The notes: generated from the sequence alone by a model not told the origin. A stretch of DNA of 64,000 nucleotides from the human T2T-CHM13v2.0 reference genome, Homo sapiens (GCF_009914755.1 NC_060931.1); one strand, 5' to 3'; positions 17,436 to 44,352 are shown, numbered from the stretch's first letter. Numbers and translations: made by a program.

Positions 17436-18579
17436 CAACACACTCAAGCATGCTTTTGTTCAAGAGCTGGAAGACATAATGCTGTGAAGATATCCATACT
17501 GCCCAAAGTGACCCACACATTCAACATAACCCTTTTCAATTACCCAAGAAGAAAAATACTGCAAGCATTACACTTAATCATTTCAAACACAAAACTAAAG
17601 CAGAGTAATCAAAGCACTTTGGTACCAGTATAAAGGCAGAACACCAAAGCAATGTAACTGAATGCAGCACGGATATAAACTCTTGCATATATGGTCAAGT
17701 GAGTTATTTGCTCACCATTTACTGAAGCATTATCCACAAAAGCCAATAGGTGAAAGAAATTTAAACTTTTTTTTTTACCAGATGAACAGATGAATATAAT
17801 TTGGAATACAAAAAATGGAATATTATTCAGCTTTTTAAAAGCAGAAAATCTAATACGTGTTATAAAGACAAATTTCGAAGACATTATGCTAAATTTAATA
17901 AGGCAGCCATGGCCACAAAAATACTGTATGAGTCTATTTACATGGAATATCTAAAGTAGTTATACCCTTAAAAAAGAAAATAGAATAATGTTTGTAAAAG
18001 GCAGGGCAATGGGAAAAATGAGTAGTGGATTCACATGTATTGCATATTGCTTTTACAAGAGTAAAAATGTTTTAGAGATATGTTGTTAACAATGTCAATA
18101 TACTTAACATAACTAAACTATATAATGGAAAATATTAAAGATTACACATTTTGTAATGTATGTTTTACATTAAAAATAAAAATATCATTGACTACCCACC
18201 AAAAAAAGCAAATACACAAGTCATAAAATAGGGGTAATATTTATACAGGCAAACAAACATAGAAATAATTGTATTGGCAATAGATGTATAGCTGGTTAAT
18301 ATATGTCAATGTTTAAACATTGTCCTAATGTGTACAGAGTTGAATATTGGCATACAAAATTATAATACATAAATAAAACTAAAAACACAATTAATCGGAC
18401 ATAGCCTAATCTAAAACATGAGACAAAGGAATGTAAAATGATAGAACAAATTTCAACAAAAAAATTAACCAAAAAATACTGAATAAACATAGTGTACCAC
18501 TAAAGAATTTTTTTCAGGTATCTACAATTTTCAGCTATGACTGTACATTCACAAAAAGCACATATTTTGGTGTTTTTAA

Positions 18580-19030
18580 AGTTTCAACTTTTACTTTAGG
18601 TTCAGAGGGTTCATGTGTAGGTCTGTTACATGGGTATATTTTGTATTGCTAAGGTTTGGGGTACTACATCTACTACTCAGGTAGATAGCATAGTACCCAA
18701 GAGGTAGCTTTTCTCCCCTTGTCTCTTTCCTTCCCATCCTCCTCTAGTGGTCTGTAGTGTCCATTGTTTTTATCTTTACATCCATGTATACCCAATATTT
18801 AGCTCTCACTTATAAGTAAGAACATGCAGTATTTGGGTTTCTGTTTCAGCATTAATTTACTTCAGATAATGGCCTCCAGCAGCATCAATGTTGCTACAAA
18901 GAACATAATTTTGTTTTTTTTATGGCTGTGTAGTATTTCATGGTGTATAAGTACCACTTTTTTTTTTCAATCCAATCAACCACTGATGGGCATCTAGGTT
19001 GATTCCATGTCTTTGCTACTGAAGACAATA
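18580..19030 (-). mobile_element. L1PA/L1PB 3' end fragment
   Basis: ggttcagagggttcatgtgtaggtctgttacatggg... L1 3'UTR. Confidence 0.75.
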
Positions 19031-20284
19031 AGTTTGAATCGTTAGTATACAATTAGAGCAATAAAATTTCATAGAAAATCCATCATAATCATTCGTGAAA
19101 AGCTCTGATAAAATTTATTGGAACAGGCATTTAAATAATACTGGAGAAACTTCTTATGTCATTAATATTTTGCTGTTATTTTTAAATAAAATGTAAAAGC
19201 TATAATGTAACCTTTGGAAGCAAAGCAAAGCATTGCATTTCAAAATAATATAAACAACATAAATACGATACAATATGGTATGAAACACTAATATACAAAA
19301 TGAACAATTAGAAATAAATTTATATAATCATTTAGATAAATTTTGAGAAAAGTGCATGAAAATGCTAACGATAACTTTTTGCATGCAGTAAACTAAAAAA
19401 AAAATCAAATATTTAAATAAATGTGGCATGCCTATTATCTAACTCACTTTTTATATAACATACATTCAAGCACATTATCTCAGAACTTGTGAAACTACAG
19501 GCAAAGTTGGCATACAGCAGATCAGAAAATGAAAATATATATAGGACACAATTTTACTAATCTTCATAGTAAAGAAAATAAAATCATAAAATAATAGTTA
19601 TTAAGAAATACGTAACAATTGGAAATTTACTATATGCTGGGCAGTGTTCTAAGTAACCTATGGTATTAGTGTTTTTAAGAATTCTATGAGGTGAGTAGAT
19701 AAAATCAACTTTTCTACCGTAGAGGTATTTATCATATTGCATTTAAATTTCTAAGCTTGGTTTCTACTAAGAAAAAGATACTTTTAAAGTAAAATAGATG
19801 TTTAGATTTTCTTGTACTTAATTAGATGCTTTGTGCTCTGATGAAAGTTTTCAGTCTCATTTTCTAAATGATCAGCTGACTGAAAATTATAAAACAGAAA
19901 ACAAAGGATATCTGTCTCCGGTGTCTCTGGAATCTCTTAACCAAATCCCGATGTCTCCCTTACTCCTCTCACAGATGTCTAACACAAGGCACAAACAGAT
20001 CTTTTAAAACAGCTTAACATAGTGGTCTCCAAAAATGTGCACAAATTTTCCTAGGTCCCTCAAAGAAATGGAAAAGGAGTCAGATTATATGGGTCCTCAT
20101 ATTATAAAAAGAGGAGTTTGCCTCTCACTATGAACGCATAGATCATTGAATGGACAGAAGACTTAGAGGATTTAAGACCATAATAAGCATACATCAGAAA
20201 CTTTTCCTCCATGACAGTAAGAGAAATATACCTAGGCTTTCAGAATCAATTCCACTGAAGCACAGCCTCCCAATCCACATTTTA

Positions 20285-20520
20285 TTTTATTTTTATTTTA
20301 TTTATTTATTTATTTTGAGATGGAGTCTCGCTCTCTTGCCCAGACTGGAGTGCCGTGGTGCGATCTCGGCTCACTGCAACCTTCACCTCCTGGGTTCAAG
20401 CGATTCTTTGCCTCAGCCTCCCGAGTAGGTGGGACAACAGGCATGTGCCACCACACCCGGCTAGTTTTTGTATTTTTAGTAGAGACAAGGTTTCACTGTG
20501 CTGGCCAGGCTGGTCTCAAC
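20285..20520 (-). mobile_element. 5'-truncated Alu
   Basis: TSD ccacatttta. Confidence 0.85.
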
Positions 20521-22741
20521 CACATTTTAAACTCTGGTTTTCTCCTTCATCTTTGGACCTTTCACATGTGTTATCTGCTAAATCATTCACACATATCTGA
20601 GTGTATAACTATTCTTTCCTCTCTTTTCACATTTAAGGAATATTTTCTATGCTGCAGAAGGTAACCAGGTCTAGCATAAAGACTGTCCAACACAACCCTT
20701 CTTTCCCTGAACAGCAACTGAGCTAAGAAAAACACAACCAACTCCCGGTATCTCCCTAAGGAGAAAGATAGTACAGTGGATCCGTTCAAAGTTGTGGCAT
20801 TTTAGTGGACTGTCTAATTACTACATTCTGTCTCCCTGAGAAGGTGAACACTTGTTACGATACTAAAGTAACTGCAATGCCACGGTCAACAGGGGAAGCA
20901 AAAGAATAGACAATCTGAAAAGAAAATGAAAGAAAAAATATTGTTAACTTGGAAATTACCCACAAAGGTCCAAAGACACAACTGAGAACATGTTTGTGAA
21001 GCACTGAAAATCTATTGCTTGGTTAGCTGCTATAACCAGTCTTTAAGCAAGTCTTTAAATATTAGATTAGATGTCTGTGTATAAGTTGCCAAATTTTATC
21101 AAAAGATCACAGGACATAAAAACAAGGCACCTGAAGAAACAAAATAAATCTTCAGAACTCAATCCTTAAGAAAAGATGATCTTTGCATTATCTGACAAAT
21201 ATGTCAAAATAATGATACTAAATATGCTCCAATAGCAAAAATAGAACACAGACAGAAAGCAAAATAAGAAAAATTATGCATAAAAATGAGTTAACAAAAA
21301 GATAAAAACTATTTTAAAAAGAACCCAGTAGAAATTGCCGAACTAAAAAAAAATTGTTATAAAGTTTACTAGAGTCACAATAGAGTTAATGAGACAGAAA
21401 AAACTAAAAACAGAAGACATTATTTATAAATATTGAGCCATGAAAACAAAAACATTGAGAAATATGAAACATTGGATACTATCAAGTAGACTAACATATT
21501 CATAAAAGGATTATTTGAAAAAGAATGCAGGGGAAGAGTGGTCGAGAGGTTATTTGAAGAGAAAAGGGACTAAGGACTTCCCAAATGTGAATGTGATCAA
21601 GAAAAAAATACTGCCGACCAAGGATACATAATCTGGGAGGCATTTACTTTAAAAATAATAAAAAAAAGACTTTCCAATATAAACAAAAGCTAATGGTGTT
21701 CATTACCCCCTAGAACAGTCTTATAAGAAATACTACATGGAGTTCATTATGTTGACAGACATGGTGGTTCACACCTGTAATCCTACCAACTTGGTAGGCT
21801 GAGGCAGAAAAATCACTTCAGGACAGGAGTTTGAGATCAGTCTAGGTAATATGGCAAGAACCCTTCTCAAAAAAGGAACCTTTATTATAATTTTGTTTCT
21901 AAGGGAGAAGGTTTTAAAAACCTGTTAATGCCAAAGACTAACTGGAGTCATTTTGAGAAGGCAGGCACTCATTCAAGTGACAAGCTTGAGAACCTTTGGT
22001 CTTGGCTACAAGGCAAGAAATTGTCCACCTATCTTGACCCCAACCAAAATTCTGCAGTGACTCTGTAACCATCTCCAGCTCCTTCCAGCCATCGTGTAAA
22101 AGTCTTGCACATTCAGAGACCTGGGGGAGATGCCTATTTGTGGTTATAGAGGTAGGCCTGCAGAACCTGGCCTTTACTGTGACAGTAAACATTTCAGTGA
22201 CTCAGTTTCAGCACTCGTAGCCACAGTTCATGGCTAGTTCTGCCCAGTTAGGAACCCAAAGAGTAACCTGGGGAAACCCTGCCAGGTACTCAGGGAGAGT
22301 CACACTCAGCACTCACCCCACACCTCACATCAGATCCACCACATGCTGACTCAGCTGCAGAACACCACCCTAGTGCTGGCCCTGTGGATCAACGTCCTGA
22401 AGGCAATCCAGTCTTCCAAAAAATAAGAGAAGGTTAATAACTACCCAGGCTAGTGGTAACAAGCCCACTAATGGCAAACTCCACTCAGACCAAGAAGCAG
22501 TCACATGACCCACCTACAACCCACATACCACTGCAAACCCAGAAGGGATGTTATCAGCCAGTCAACCCAAGAGAAGATCTATGCCTGCTGAAACCAGTCT
22601 ATAAAAATGGAAGAGGTGTTTGGTCCTTCAGTTTCAAAGAAACCAATACAAGGGTACATTGTGACCATTAATGCTTCTATTTTTAACATAGTACTGAAAT
22701 CCTAGGCAGAACAATTAGGAAAAAAATTTTTTAAAGCCATC

Positions 22742-23079
<338 letters not shown>

Positions 23080-23456
23080 CTAATAAACACACTGAGTAAA
23101 TTAGAGAAATATAAAACTGATATATAAATCATTTGTGTTTCCATACACTAACAACAAGCTATCAAATAGAAATGAAAAAGAAGATCTTAATTAAATAGCA
23201 TCAAAATAATAACTTTCTTAGCAATATATTTAACCAAGGAGGTGAAAAAAATTTTTATTGAAATAGTTAAGATATTAATGAAAGAAATTGAAGATGACAC
23301 AAATAAATGCAAAAATATTTCATGTCTATGGATTAGAAAAATAAATATTGTTAAAGAGTCACATTATTTAAAGTAATCTATAGATTTAATAAATATCCTA
23401 TCAAAATTCCAGTGGAATTTTTTAAAGTAATAGAAAATGCAAACCTAAAATTTTTA

Positions 23457-23953
<497 letters not shown>

Positions 23954-26236
23954 TTAAATCGACTTTGACATTGAGGCATTGAGAATACACCACACGGAAA
24001 GTACAGTCTCTCCCATACTTGCTGCTGGGAAAACTGAATACCCACAGGTAAAATAATAAAATTAGACATTTTTCTTACGCTATATTTAAAAATTAACTAA
24101 ATATAAAATAAAGACTCTAATGTAATACATAAATCCTTAAAAATCTTAAAAGAAAACATATGAAGAAACCTTAATATTGGTCTTGAAACTGAATTTTTGG
24201 ATATGACAGCAAAAGTATAGCAATAAAAGCAAATATAAAAACGTTGGACTGCATCAGATTAAAAAGCTTCTGCACAACCAAGAAAACAATAAAATTAAAA
24301 ACCCATATCTGATTTTAGTATCCAAAATATATAAGGAACTCATATAAATCAAAGGCAAAAACCTTAGTAATAATGGTAATAATACAATTGAAAAACAAGC
24401 CAAGGACTAAATATATGTTTTTTTCAATGAAAACATACAATTTGCCAGCAGGTATGTGGAAAGAGGCTCAATATCACCAATCTGGCAGTTGCAAATTAAA
24501 ACCATGGTAAGGTATTACTTCACGCCTATTATGATTGCTAACATCAAAAATAAGTGTTATAAAAAGTGATGACATGAATATAAAAAAAGAAATGCTATAC
24601 ACTCTTGGTGATTTGTAATTTTTTAGAGTCATTATAAAATCAGTATGAAAGTTCTTTAAAAATTTTTAATAATACTACTATACAATCCTGCTATTACATT
24701 TCTGCATATATAATAAATTTAGTACCTCAAAAAAATCTGCACCTTCATGTTTATTGAAGCCTTATTTGCAATTGCCAAGATATGAAAGCAACCTAAAATG
24801 TTTGTGGATACTGACTGGATAAAGAAAACATGGTATATATACAGAACAGAATATTATTTAGTCATGAAGCATAATAAAACCCTACCATTTCAACATAGAT
24901 GGACCTAGATGACATTAGACTAAGTGGAATATGCCAAAAGCAAAAAGATAAATACTGTGCCATCTCGCTTTTAAGGGGAATATAAAAAGGTTGGACTCCT
25001 AGAAGCAGAGAGTTTAAAGCTGAGTACTAGGGCCTGAATATGGGAAAAATGGGACATGGTCAAATGGTACAAATTTTTAGTTATAAAACAAGTTATTGTG
25101 ACCTAATGTACAGCTTCATGACTATAGTTAATAATACTGTTAGGTATGCTGAAAATTTGCTGAGAGATCTTAATTGTTCTCACAACAAAAAGGGTAAGCA
25201 TGTAAGGTGATAGATGTGTTTGTTCATTAATTTGATTGTATTAACCATTTCTATATATATATATATATATACACACACATATAAAATAAATACATAGTAA
25301 ACAGTAAACATACAGGTATTCAATTATCTGTGAAAAGATCCACATGTTACATACCCATACATATATACATGTGTGTACATATACGTATCTGTCTATGTGT
25401 ATGTGTGTGTGTATATATATACATATTTGACACAGTCCCAGTAAGCTAAATACAAAATAAGAGAAAACTGTAAAATAACACTTATTTAAAAATAAAGTTA
25501 AAATTGAGAGTTTAATATATGCTCAGCAATGTTTTAAGCTCTTCAGTGACATAGTATATTTGATAAATGTGTGGAGTAAATATATCAAACTTATTACAAT
25601 TGAGGAATTTGGGTATACGGACTTTAATTTATCAATATTAGTTTACATAAAAAGAATAATATTTTGAATTAATGTAATTTTAGAGTTTCTTATATTTAGG
25701 GAGATGGTTAGTGTTTTGATAAAATTACTGAGTATAAATTCCTATAAAATTCCGTTTGAAACCACTGTAGAATAAAAAAATATAAAGCAGAAAACATATA
25801 TCTTTTTGTGGTGTTCCTGGGATTTCTGAACCAAATCCCAATATCACCAAAACTCTCATGTAATTTAGACATTATCCAAAAAAAGAACCTTAAGAATGGT
25901 TTAACATACAGTTTCTCAAAAATACAGATATTACTGTTTCTCCCAAAGCAATGGAAGCCCATCAGATCACACATTCTTAAGTTATCATTAAAACTTTTAT
26001 TATCACTGTAAACTCAAAGGAAAAAATAAACCTTACTGAAGGGGAAGTACAGCACTTAAAAAATTTATGAGAATTGGACAAAAGATGCCTCTATGTCAAA
26101 ACAAGAGAAAAAATGCAGGGTTCTAGAAACTGCTTTCACTGGAGGAGAGCTATTCAAACCGTGTGTAAAAGTCTGGCTTCCTCCTTGACATTGGGAACTC
26201 TCATTTGTGTCATTTCCTTCATTCACTCCCACCTAC

Positions 26237-26327
26237 CTGGGTATTTGACTACTGTCTTCTGTCTCTTCACATTCCAGGGCTCTTTGCTCCAGAAGGGTAA
26301 TCAAGTCTGGCTTGGAAATAACAAGAC
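26237..26327 (-). pseudogene. KRAB-B exon with 5-nt deletion
   Basis: 91 nt instead of 96; GLVISKPDLITLLEQR then frameshift; splice sites intact. Confidence 0.9.
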
Positions 26328-26428
26328 CTGTTTTATTAGAAAAGAATAACATGATTCTTGCTAGGATACTCCAATTACCAATCTAGTAATGTGCTCATTA
26401 GAGAAGAGAAAACATTATAGAGATTCTA

Positions 26429-26986
<558 letters not shown>

Positions 26987-27135
26987 TTACCAGTAATTTA
27001 GACTGAAGTATACAGATCAGCTCAAAAAAGGGAAAGATTAATGTTAACATGAAACATCTTGAACATTTTTTTCTACCTCAACAGATACCCAACTTTTTTT
27101 GTTTTTGCTTTTTTGAAGATGAATTCTGAAACTCA

Positions 27136-27366
<231 letters not shown>

Positions 27367-28259
27367 TTAGCAAATGGTCATAGGAAGAATTCTCAATTTT
27401 ACATTAGGTAAACAGAGAGCAAAGAGAACTGGTTCTGACTTATGTGAGTGACTGGAGTTATCCAATAAGATGCTTTCCAGCAGAAAAATATTCTCTACTG
27501 TATTCTTTAACTCTGAGAAAAGAAGATGGCATAAGATCTACAAAACCAGTGTAGATGCATTACTTTTCTTGATAATAAAATATACAATAAAGGGCACAAA
27601 CACAGACATGTATATTTTTGAATGCTATATTTACATGATACAAGATAAGTTGTCCATAGCTAATAAATGGAAATTTCATGGTGAGTTAGAAACGTACTGC
27701 TCGAATCTTAATTGTGTACAATGATGAACAAGAGATCTTGTTAAAATGTAGACTTTGACACTGGATTTAGGGTGAAACTTGAGTTTCAGAATTTCTAACA
27801 AGTTTGCCAGTGGTGTTATTGCTTCTGGCCCAAGGGGAATATTTTGTCAGAAATCTAGTAAGTGGCACAGCCTAGGTTTTCAGTTTATTTAACCAGTAAA
27901 GAGGTTCAGAAACAATAAACTCTTACATAGAAAAACCAAAATGTGAGTTTCCGCTTTCCAACACTCAGGTGCCCTCCTCTGTCAGGGATGGCAGCAATTT
28001 CTGCTGCAGCAATAGGAATATGGGCCACCCTCACCTGCCCATACCAAATCCATGCATAGCAGTCCCTATGATCTCTGTTTTAAACTAAAGCTAAGTGCAC
28101 CTCTTTCAAATGTATCTGGAAGCACTCATGATTGACCCTGGGGTCACCTTTGCCCCACATGTGGCACTTAATTAAAATAACATGGCTGCAGGAGGGAAGT
28201 GGGGCAAGGGGACTAAATAGAACCCTCTAACAATCAATCATGTCCCTGATGGAACACCA

Positions 28260-33225
<4,966 letters not shown>

Positions 33226-34262
33226 TGTTTGGGATTCAGGGCCCCATGGTGTTTGAATTATCTTTAGGTCTGAAGATGCCAAGTGCATTGAAAGATGGAG
33301 CTGGAATGGCTGATTGCTCTTCTGTGAAGGTATTTTTCTAGAAACCTGGTTGAACTGCTCCAGAAGGGACTGTATATCACAAACAGGCAGAGAAATATTC
33401 TGCCTGCAAATTACGGGGCAAGCCAAAGAGAGAAAAGCCTCTCTGAACTAAAGTATTGTGGGCACCTCATATGTTTATATCCCGTCTGGTAATTTTGTAC
33501 AGTGTTTGAATAACATAATTAAAATCAAAATTATCTCCAACCTCAGAGACACTCAATAATAGCAGAAGAAAAAGAACATTGTTTTATTAAATAAATCAGA
33601 AGGTGATCTGCATCACAGCAAATCTGCCAAGATTGTTCTTAAATAGACTTAACAGCACAATTGTCATACATAGTTGATCCTAAATTCATTTGGTGATTGA
33701 GAAAGCCATCTGTATATTGGGCATATTCAATGAAATTTTAATTGGCTATATTCAGGAGAAAAATTAACTTTTTTTATCTTCATAGAAGAAGATAGTTTTA
33801 CAACTTGAAGTCAAGTGTCTGCTGAAGGTAGGCACCTACTATCCAACAGAAACTGTGGCATAGGGTACTATCTTTTTTGCTGTTTACATTTCAAAGCAAT
33901 GGTTTCCAGGTCCTAGAGAAAGGCATTTCTAAGTTAAAATGATTGACCAAGTCCTATTTAGCTATTAAAATGATTTACATATATTTCAAAGAGTCAGAGA
34001 AAGAATTTACATAGCAAAGTTTTCTAAGTTAAATCCTTTAAGAAAAAAAGAAGAACAAAATCTCTTCCTTTATTTTCAAGTTGAAGAATTAAGTCTGCTA
34101 TTTCTAATTTCTATTTGCCTTTACAACAGCCAGGTCTAAGTCCATGACCCTGAACTCATGGACATCTGAATTCCAGTAGGTATTGGAAGCAGGCACCTGA
34201 GTCATGGTGTTACGTACAACGTGTGTGTATGAAAGAGGATTTAGTTAGAAAGTAAAGGCAGA

Positions 34263-34565
34263 GGCCGGGTGTGGTGGTTCAAGCCTGTAATCCCAGCACT
34301 TCTGGAGTCCAAGGCAGGTGGATCACCTGAGGTCAGGAGTTTGAGACCAGCCTGGCCTACATGGTGAAACCCAGTCTCTACTAAAAATTCAACAATTAGC
34401 CGGGTGTGGTGTTGGGTGCCTGTAGTCCCAGCTACTCAGGAGGCTGAGGCCGGAGAATCTCTTGAACCCGGGAGGCGGAGGTTACGTGAGCCGAGATGCG
34501 CCATTGCACTCCAGCCTGGGTGACAAGAGTGAAACTCCATCTCAAATTAAAAAATAAAAAAGAAA
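34263..34565 (+). mobile_element. AluS
   Basis: TSD agaaagtaaa(g/a)gcaga. Confidence 0.88.
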
Positions 34566-34820
34566 GTAAAAGCAGAAGACAGAAAAATGCTATGAAGGGC
34601 TGTCAATCTAAAATAATCAAAAGGCTCAAAATTCAGTTTTAGAGTTTATTCAAGTTAAAAGCAAGAAACAGTCATCCGGGAGACAAAGACTCCAGGTGTG
34701 GTGGCACATGCCTGTAGTCCCAGCTACTCATGAGGCTGAGGCAGGAGAATCACTTGAACCCAGAGGATGGAGGTTGCAGTGAGCCCAGATCACACCAGTG
34801 CACTCCAGCCTGGATGACAG

Positions 34821-34844
34821 GAAAGAAAGAAAGAAAAGAAAGAA

Positions 34845-34918
<74 letters not shown>

Positions 34919-34950
34919 CAGAGAGAGAGGGAGGGAGGGAGACAGGGAGG
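34821..34950. repeat. (GAAA)n(GA)n polypurine tract after an Alu right monomer (34693-34820)
   Basis: Direct reading. Confidence 0.95.
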
Positions 34951-35454
34951 AAGGGAAACTTAACAAAATTTTCCAAGTCCCCGTCTCATCTCTGTCACAT
35001 TTGTTCACGTGATGACACCACTTGTAGCTATCCTAAGACCTCAGAGTGATTACAGGGAAGTCACTTCAATTTCTACCCCATATTTCAAACGTATCTGCTA
35101 TATATTTTTTTCAATAGGCCTCATCTACCTCACTAAGAAAGACACCATTATCATGTTTAATCTGTCTCCACATCTGCCACAGTGCTGACTGCTTGATCTG
35201 ATCCTCTGGACTATTGCATTACTACTTCAATTAAGTGATCAGAATGTGGTATTTAAAACCTATAAGTGGCCTCAAACTCTTCAGTAAAAAACAATTTATC
35301 ATTGCATTGCAAAAATTCCAAACTATTCATCAGAACTGCAAAAAGTCTTGTGTGAGATTCCATGGGGTAAGGAGAGCAGTGAGAAAGCTGTAACCGTAAG
35401 ACAAGAAAGTGGCTTTGATGCATATGTAGCTGGGGATAAAAATAAAGAGAGAAT

Positions 35455-36994
<1,540 letters not shown>

Positions 36995-37291
36995 TTATAT
37001 ATTTGTTCTCATGTGAATAATATGCAAGTAAACAAAAAGTATACATAAACAAAACTATATATAAGAAAGATTCTGAACCCAGGAGACTTGAGATTTGGGA
37101 AAAATAAGTTCAGTGTGCAATAGAGAAACTAATTTTACTTTAAGCATTGTGAAGTTCCTGATTTGCTAGCAAATTGCGGATTTGACACCATTTTTTTGGT
37201 CCACTATTTTCTTTTCCATTTAAAGAAGTGTACACACACACACAGAAATTTGTTCCTCTATATTTCTCTTACACTTATAGTTTATTTTTAG

Positions 37292-38138
<847 letters not shown>

Positions 38139-39114
38139 TAAGTTAGTGATATGTGTATTGTCTGAAAGTGATAAATACTTTTGCTTTTCTCATTGAGCTA
38201 TAAAATGTAAGCACCTTAAATTTTTTTCCCTTGCATAAACACTGCGTTTCAGTAATTTTTCTGGATTTATCACCACTTAGTTTCTAAAACTAAATGAACA
38301 TCTCTGACTTGGAAATTAAAGCCTGAGCCCTGTGACTCCAAGCTAAGGGCAATATGGAGCCTGCAAAAGGAGGTTATTGAAGACCTTGAAGACCTAGTCA
38401 GTTCTTTCTAGGGAGCCTCTCCTGCAGATGTCCCAACCTGCTCACCCCAGCCATGGAAGAAGTATTTTTACTGAGATAAGCAACAGAGTCCAGGAAAGCT
38501 GGGGACCCACAGGCAGATGCAGTTAGAGTTAGAATAGATGGGAATTGGGAGGATCTTACTGAAAATAAAGGTGTTGCTGTTTTGGGGCAGTTTCTAGACT
38601 TTGTAAAATAAAACAAATTCAGATTTAGGTAAGAAGTTCTGAATCCCAACAACAGAAAAAAGTGCCAAGTATAAGATTTTTAAGGATATCAACGTGTATA
38701 GGCAGACAAGGACTTTCTTTCGTAGAGAATAGCAAACAAGTTTAGAAAGAAGATGGAGTAAGAATGGTATGATATAAGGGGGCAAAATTAGATTCTAGAT
38801 CAGAGAATGTTTTACCCTGAAGTTAGCATGTTCTTAAGGAGAGACAGAAAATGGGGTTGTATGTTGGCTCAGACTGAGGGTACTCAAAGGTCAGGAGCCC
38901 TGAGATAAGAGAAAAATTTAAGCAAAGTTGATTTAAAAATATTTTGACCACTGAAGAAAAGTATTTAGCTGATTCTTTTATAAGAAACAGGTGGAAATTT
39001 GCAGAGTCTGTATCTGGCTATGTGATAAGTAAGAAAATACAAAACCACCTAAGTCATAACAGGAAAAAGTGTTTCTCTTAAGCTGTTGGTGAAGACCACA
39101 AAGGATGGAGAAAT

Positions 39115-39145
<31 letters not shown>

Positions 39146-39148
39146 TAG

Positions 39149-39612
<464 letters not shown>

Positions 39613-39732
39613 TAAAATATTTTCTAAATATTTAGAAAGTTCTGTTATGAATCAATATTAATTTTTTAGAATTTTCTATTATATCCTCTTTACTAAGCAT
39701 AATACTAGGTTGGTAATTAAAGAATTCAGTAA

Positions 39733-39867
<135 letters not shown>

Positions 39868-40807
39868 TGAGAGCGAATGAAGCAGATGACACAGATGAAA
39901 GGTACACAAATCAAGGAGGCAGCCAGTCTTTAAAATGTGGTCTGGGGAGCTGTGCTTTGATGGAAAGTTTCTGGGAAGCCCGAGTCATTTTTTTCTTTTT
40001 CTCTCACATAGGGTGGGACACGTTCTGCCCCATGCTTTTAAATTCTCTAAGGATTCTACTTTTGCTTCAGTAATCTTCCTTCAAGTTCACAGTGTGAGTC
40101 AAAGTTTTCTTTATGGCTTACCAGGGACTGCACAAACTGACTGCTTTGCCATTGCTTTTGGGGACATACAAATATCTGCATATTTTTGAGAAACTCTATG
40201 TTAAAACATTTTTAAAATTCTTTTTTTGCATCATGTCTAAAATGTGTGAGAATAGTAGTTTCTGTTTCATTGGTGATTGTCCATTTTTCTGCACATGCCA
40301 TTCTGTTTTTATTACTATAACATTGAAATATAAAGTTTTTTTTACTAAATTTTTTTATTTTTTAATTTTTATCCATGTATTTATTCATTTAGAGGCTGGG
40401 TTGTGAGACTTGCTGTGGGGGGATATGCAAGCAGGGTACTGCTTATGTCTTCATTTTACTGTGTTGCATACTTTATATATATAGATTCATAGATGGAATT
40501 GCTATATTATATGATAATTTCATTTTTAATTATTTGACAAACATTCATGATGTTTTTTATGATGGCTGCATCTTTTTTCTCATCAACAACTTACATAGGT
40601 TTCAGTTTCTTTACATCATCAACATAGTTGGTATTTTTGAAAAAATTTGTAGTGGCCATTCTAATTGATGTCAGGGAATTTTGTTTTGTATTGTGATTTT
40701 GTTTTTCATTTTTCTATAAGTTATTAATTATGTGCAACCTTTCAAATGCTTCTTCCCATTTGTGTATCTTTTTTTTTTAATTAAAATTTAGTTTAATCAT
40801 TTGTCCA

Positions 40808-41100
<293 letters not shown>

Positions 41101-41404
41101 TATATCAACTTTTTAAATTACAATTTAATAAAAACTAGAAAATAATAGCCAAATAAGAATTTAAAAACTCACCAATATGTGGACAGTAAACAACATGTTC
41201 CTGGACAGCCAATAGGTCAAAAGAAAAAGCAAAGGGAAATCAGAAAGTATAATGAGAAAAAAGAAAATAGAAACAAAGCATACAATGACTCCTGGGATAC
41301 AAAAAAAAAAAAAACCCACAAAACAGTTCTAAATCAGAAGTTTATAGTGATATATTTCTATATTAAGAAAAAGGAAAAGATGTCAAATAAAAAACATAAC
41401 TTTA

Positions 41405-41777
<373 letters not shown>

Positions 41778-42124
41778 AGACAGCAGTGGTTAACATTCCA
41801 TAATGCCAAATCTAATCTTAGCTCAGAGGGACTTTACTGAGAGGGGCCTCTAACCCCCTAAATCTTAGGAAAGACTCTAACCTTTCAAAGTTGCACCTCA
41901 ACCACAAATTTTGTTAAGTGTTCTTGCCTTTTATTAAAAAGGACCTTTTATCTTATCTGTCTTAGGAGACACTCTAACTCCCGTAAATTTGGCTACTAAC
42001 CCAATCCCATTCCATACCCGGGTATGCCAACACTTGCAAAAGGTTAGCCAGTTGGTGATTCAGTCTATTTCCTGTGGGTTGGTGGTTTCCTTAGTATCAT
42101 TCCTTTGTGATTCACTGAAAAGAA

Positions 42125-43060
<936 letters not shown>

Positions 43061-43199
43061 TGGCCACAGAGTGCTGGAATGTGGCTGGTCTGAACTGCAA
43101 TGTGCTGGAAAGGTAAAATGCAAGGGTACATTCAAAGATTAAGCTTCAAAAACATATATGCTTTGTTAACCATTATACACTAATCAGATATTAAAATAA

Positions 43200-43558
<359 letters not shown>

Positions 43559-43672
43559 CACCTTTTTCTTTTTACTTTTTAACATTTGGCTACTAGCACG
43601 TTCAAAATTTACATGTGGCTCATATTTTACTGCAAAGGATTGCCTCCTTTTTGAAATCTCAGGGTGCCTGAA

Positions 43673-44352
43673 TGTATTAGTCCATTTTCACACTGCTATA
43701 AACAAATACCTCAGACTGCGTACTTTTTTAAAAAGTGGTTTAATTGAATCATAATTCTACATGGCTGAGGAATCCTCAGGAAACTTAAAATCATGACCAT
43801 GACAGAAGGTGAAGGGAAAGCAAGGCACATCTCACGTGGTGGAAAAAGAGAAAGAACTTGGGGCTGGGGGGGGGACGTGCCACATTTTTAAACCATCAGG
43901 TTTCTTGAGAGCTCCCTTACTATCACAAGAACACATGAGGATAATCCACCCCAGTGATCCAGTCACCTCCCACCCGGTCCCTGCCCTGACACGTGGGAAT
44001 TACAATTTTTTTTTCTTTGATAGGGAGTCTCACTCTGTCGTCCAGGCTGGAGGGCATTGGTGCCATCTAGGCTCACTGCAACCTCCGCCTCCTGGGTTGA
44101 AGCAATTCTCCTGACTCAGCCTCCCGAGTAGCTGGCACTATAGGCGCGCGCCACCACTCTTGGCTAATTTTTGTATTTTTACTAGAGGAGGGGTTTCACC
44201 ATATTGCCAGGCTGGTCTTGAACTCCTGACCTCGTGATCCGCCTGTCTCGGCCTCCCAAAGTGCTGGGATTACAGGCGTGAGCCACCGCACATGGATGGG
44301 AATTACAATTTGAGATGAGATTTGGGTGGAGCCACAGAGTCAAACTATATCA
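43673..44352. mobile_element. MaLR LTR (MST-like), split by an Alu at 44006-44292
   Basis: tgtattagtccattttcacactgctataa ... caaactatatca; Alu TSD tgggaattacaattt. Confidence 0.8.

Larger units (their letters stand above)
15115..18180 (+). mobile_element. Old L1M fragments of the ancestral ZNF intron 3
   Basis: Decayed ORF1/ORF2 segments; reverse complement resembles 59040-60100. Confidence 0.65.

Noticed and set aside
34728-35049. KERK-rich and FLSF-rich ORFs
   Set aside because: Translations of the (GAAA)n microsatellite.
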